The notes under the pieces are model-generated. The model was given only the letters and a program-made list of their open reading frames with translations. It did no database searches and was not told the DNA's origin. Positions 61,001 through 64,000 of a DNA stretch of 64,000 nucleotides are shown here, one piece after another. Each line of letters starts with the position of its first letter. The stretch's first letter is position 1. Position numbers and translations under genes: made by a program. This DNA is from Geosiphon pyriformis uo1 (taxonomy: Eukaryota; Fungi; Glomeromycota), in the NCBI GenBank assembly GCA_016748015.1, contig JAAOMT010000523.1, positions 1,258,437-1,322,436 of the forward strand, given 5' to 3'.

Positions 61001-64000
61001 GTTTGCAATAATATCTAGTAGCAATTGGTTATTTTTTATTGTCTCTGATACATGTACTCATTGATAACAACTTTTTCCTACAATTAACACAAATTAATTT
61101 CAGAGATCTGTAAAATTGATTTCTTTAATACAGTGCTTGATAATTTGGTGGTAGTATTTAAGAATCTTTATTAGTCTTTCTTTTTCCTTTTTTTTTACAA
61201 GTAGAGGGTGGTGGTAGCTCTGTTTAGAAATCATCCATCCAAGAAACTTGGTATGTTTCTAAGGTTGATTGGGAAATTAGTTTATCAAATTCAATTAAAG
61301 GCTGTTTTGGAGTGGCTATTTGGAAGTGTCCACAGGTGATGAGTACTCAGGTATTTTGTTCTTTGAAAATAATTTGAAGTTTCTGTGTGTTTCAATCTAG
61401 AGTAGTGTGAGTTTTTGTTAGCCAATTATTTTCTATAAAAGCCTAATATTAGGTGGCTTCTATGACAAGCATCTTGGTTGAAATTTGAATACCACTGATT
61501 TTGAAAGAGAAATTATCAATTTCTCTGATTGGAGTTTTGATATTGCCATTTGCAGTAATAATTTAGACAGTGGCAGCATGATCTATTCAGTAACTTAATT
61601 GATCTATTAACTGTTTTATAATTATACTTCCTGCTAATCTGCTATTGAGAATTAATTTAATGTCTATGTTTTTGACTCTAGCATCAGTGTATATTGTCAT
61701 GATTGGTTTGTCCAAATTGATGACAGCTCCATTAAACAGGCTAGTTGTGTTCAGGTTTTCAATTTTAAAAAGGAAAATAACAGCCAAAGTGGTGTTTTCT
61801 ATAATAGTAGCAGGTGAAATTGTATTGTTGGTTTGGTTTAAAGTTGAAAGATTGAAAATTTTTTTTATATTTTTCTTTTTTACAAGTGTGATATTACCAA
61901 AATTTAGAATTTTGATAAGACCAAGATACAAGACTTGATTGGAATATTCAGTTTGTGTTGGTTGAGATATTGTGTTGCTATAATTGATTGGTCTGAATAA
62001 TCTACTGATAGATTATGGTTGATTTCCACTAATGTTTTGTTATCCTTAATTGTAGTTAATTGCTTATAGTTTTAGTTAATAATATATGAGATTTTAGTAC
62101 TGAAATGCTAATTGAGCCATTGCTGATGGTAGCTGATAGTAATTCTGGGGCATTTTTTATGAGTACTGTGGCAGTTGATATTGGGGTACTAAGAGTTGTG
62201 GTTTTATGGTCTAAGAATATCTTAGTTGTTGATAATATTGATTTCTTTTGTTTTGGTCTGCTAATTTTTTTTGGCAGTCTCAAACAATATGTCCAGGTTT
62301 CTGACAATAATAACAACTATAGAGATTTGTTTTCTAGAGTTGTTGTTGCTGCTGACAATTCTGCTGTTATTAATGTTTATTGTTGTTAGTGTTGTCTTTC
62401 TGTTAAGATGGCTGATAGGTTCTTGTGGTACTGGCTAAAAATCCCTCAATTTTTTGAGTTAATGTCTTACTTAATTGGATTATTTTTGTGTTAATATTTG
62501 AAGTTCTATTAATGGTCAAGTTAATGGCTTGAGTATGATTGGCTTTTTGCTTTGCTAACTTAAAATTATAAGCAAGAATAACTGTTTCTTTTAGATTTGT
62601 TGGGTGGTAGGGTCTTACTAATTATAGAATACTATTCCTTAATTTTTTAACAAATTGGTTAAGAATTTGTCCAGGGGTGTAATAGTCTCTTTTAATTGTC
62701 TAAACCTGTTAAAAAATTTGATTAAACCATCAAAAATAAGTGGTTATGGTGTTATAGGTGAATATTTGAGGTTTCGAAACAAATAACAAACCCATAATTT
62801 GGTGCTTAATAACTAATACAGTTGGTAATATCTAAAGGTTTTGATGAATTTAAAGGTTTTGGGTTTGGAGTTCTTTATATAATGGATAGAGATTTAATAA
62901 TCATGGTATATAAGTTGTTGGTAATGTGTTTCTCAATTTCTTTTTTCAATTTGGTGGCCAGTTTATTCTGACAGTTGTGCTCTTTTGATAAGTTATCCAA
63001 ATTTTTCAATCTATACTCTTCTATTTGGGTCTTTTACCAGATTATCCATGACATCAATTATTCAGTGCATATTCTCTTAATTAATTAGTAAACAACATAA
63101 AAACAACAAAAAAAGAATAATGATTAAAGAAAGATGAAGAAATTAAGCCAAGACAATTCAGTTAGTATCTTGTTAATAGCTATGATCAAGAACTATTGTT
63201 TCAGTATAGTTAAGTATTTATAGTTATCAACATGAAGTGTTGATAATAAAAAGTGGATTAAGATAACAAATAATTATTTATTGATATTTGTAATTTAAAA
63301 GATTGTTTAGATAAAATCTAAACTGAAAGATCTGTCTTTTTTGCTTCTAATGCTACTACTATATATACATAATTTAGGTTCTACAAGATTGCTCATATTT
63401 CCAAGCAATATGCTATAATTTCTTGAGCAATACTTACATTACTGAACAATGAACCCTAATTTTCTAATATTGCTCCACATTGCTGAACAATATGCCATAA
63501 TTTCTGACATTGCTCCATATTACTGAGCAATATGCTCATATGCTAACTACTACTCTCCCATTGGTCTATCTGTTTTTCCCACTATTTTTTTTATATATTT
63601 TCTTTATGAATAACAATGGCTTTATGATTCTTTTGTTTTACTATGTTGAACTGATTTTGTAGTCGAATGAGTGTATTAGGGTTGCAAAAATATTACAAGA
63701 AGGCAAGTTTGAAAGTGGCAAAGTCAGTTGGTTTTTTTTCAAGACTTTGGTATTACAAATTTGCTATTTTTGTTAAAAAAAAAGCAATGCTTAGATTGTT
63801 CTGTTATTATTCCAATTGTTGATGGTGATTGCTTTCTCAGCTTTTATAATCCAAAAATATGCATTATCTTTTTCTTCAGAAAATTTCTTGAGCCTAGTAA
63901 TATTTCTGTAAGTTATATTTTAATTGACTAGAGATAAAGTATTAGTTAAGACTGAGAAAATTAATGGTAGTATACTGTAGTGTTTCTTTGGTGCTAATGC
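58067..64000 (-). pseudogene. gag-pol: ORF1 of G (gag to RNase H; dUTPase ~59890-60290)
   Basis: RSSLAK, GIIDAGYIG; RT and RNase H fragments; terminal TAG at 58067-58069. Confidence 0.85.
62750..63615 (-). repeat. Solo LTR, F3b-like, TSD ATGG, inserted in gag of G
   Basis: TGTTA...TAACA; ATGG at 62746-62749 and 63616-63619; B-type U3 repeats at ~63388-63545. Confidence 0.9.

Larger units (their letters stand above)
53985..64000 (-). mobile_element. Old F2 element G (3' LTR, ORF3, integrase, ORF1), continuing beyond the window
   Basis: LTR homologous to 7886-8968; gag-protease colinear with H. Confidence 0.87.

Overview
The whole window is a stack of nested, decaying Ty3/Gypsy (Metaviridae) LTR retrotransposons in AT-rich, CpG-depleted eukaryotic DNA. 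A fungal, Glomeromycotina-like host is my inference and is not shown directly. No host genes, RNA genes or CRISPR arrays were found. I resolve 8 full or partial elements of three related families plus one gag-protease host fragment. Family F1 is A, D and E; F2 is H and G; F3 is I, C and B, and fragment F is F3-like. There are also 5 solo LTRs, two from otherwise unrepresented families. Where both ends are visible the junctions carry 4-bp TSDs. All three families share an unusual three-ORF layout. ORF1 is one frame encoding Gag(CCHC), protease, a ~200-aa Cys-rich domain, dUTPase, a dUTPase-like vestige, RT and RNase H, and it apparently starts at a conserved GUG. ORF1 stops right after RNase H, and integrase is a separate ORF2 with its own start codon in all 6 copies where the junction is visible. 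ORF3 is a conserved ~235-290-aa protein of unknown function that runs into the PPT/3' LTR. The LTRs have exchangeable tandem-repeat U3 modules, conserved R/U5 hairpins and an inverted copy of the att/PBS junction. Coordinates were read by eye: element boundaries should be within a few bp, and domain limits are approximate.
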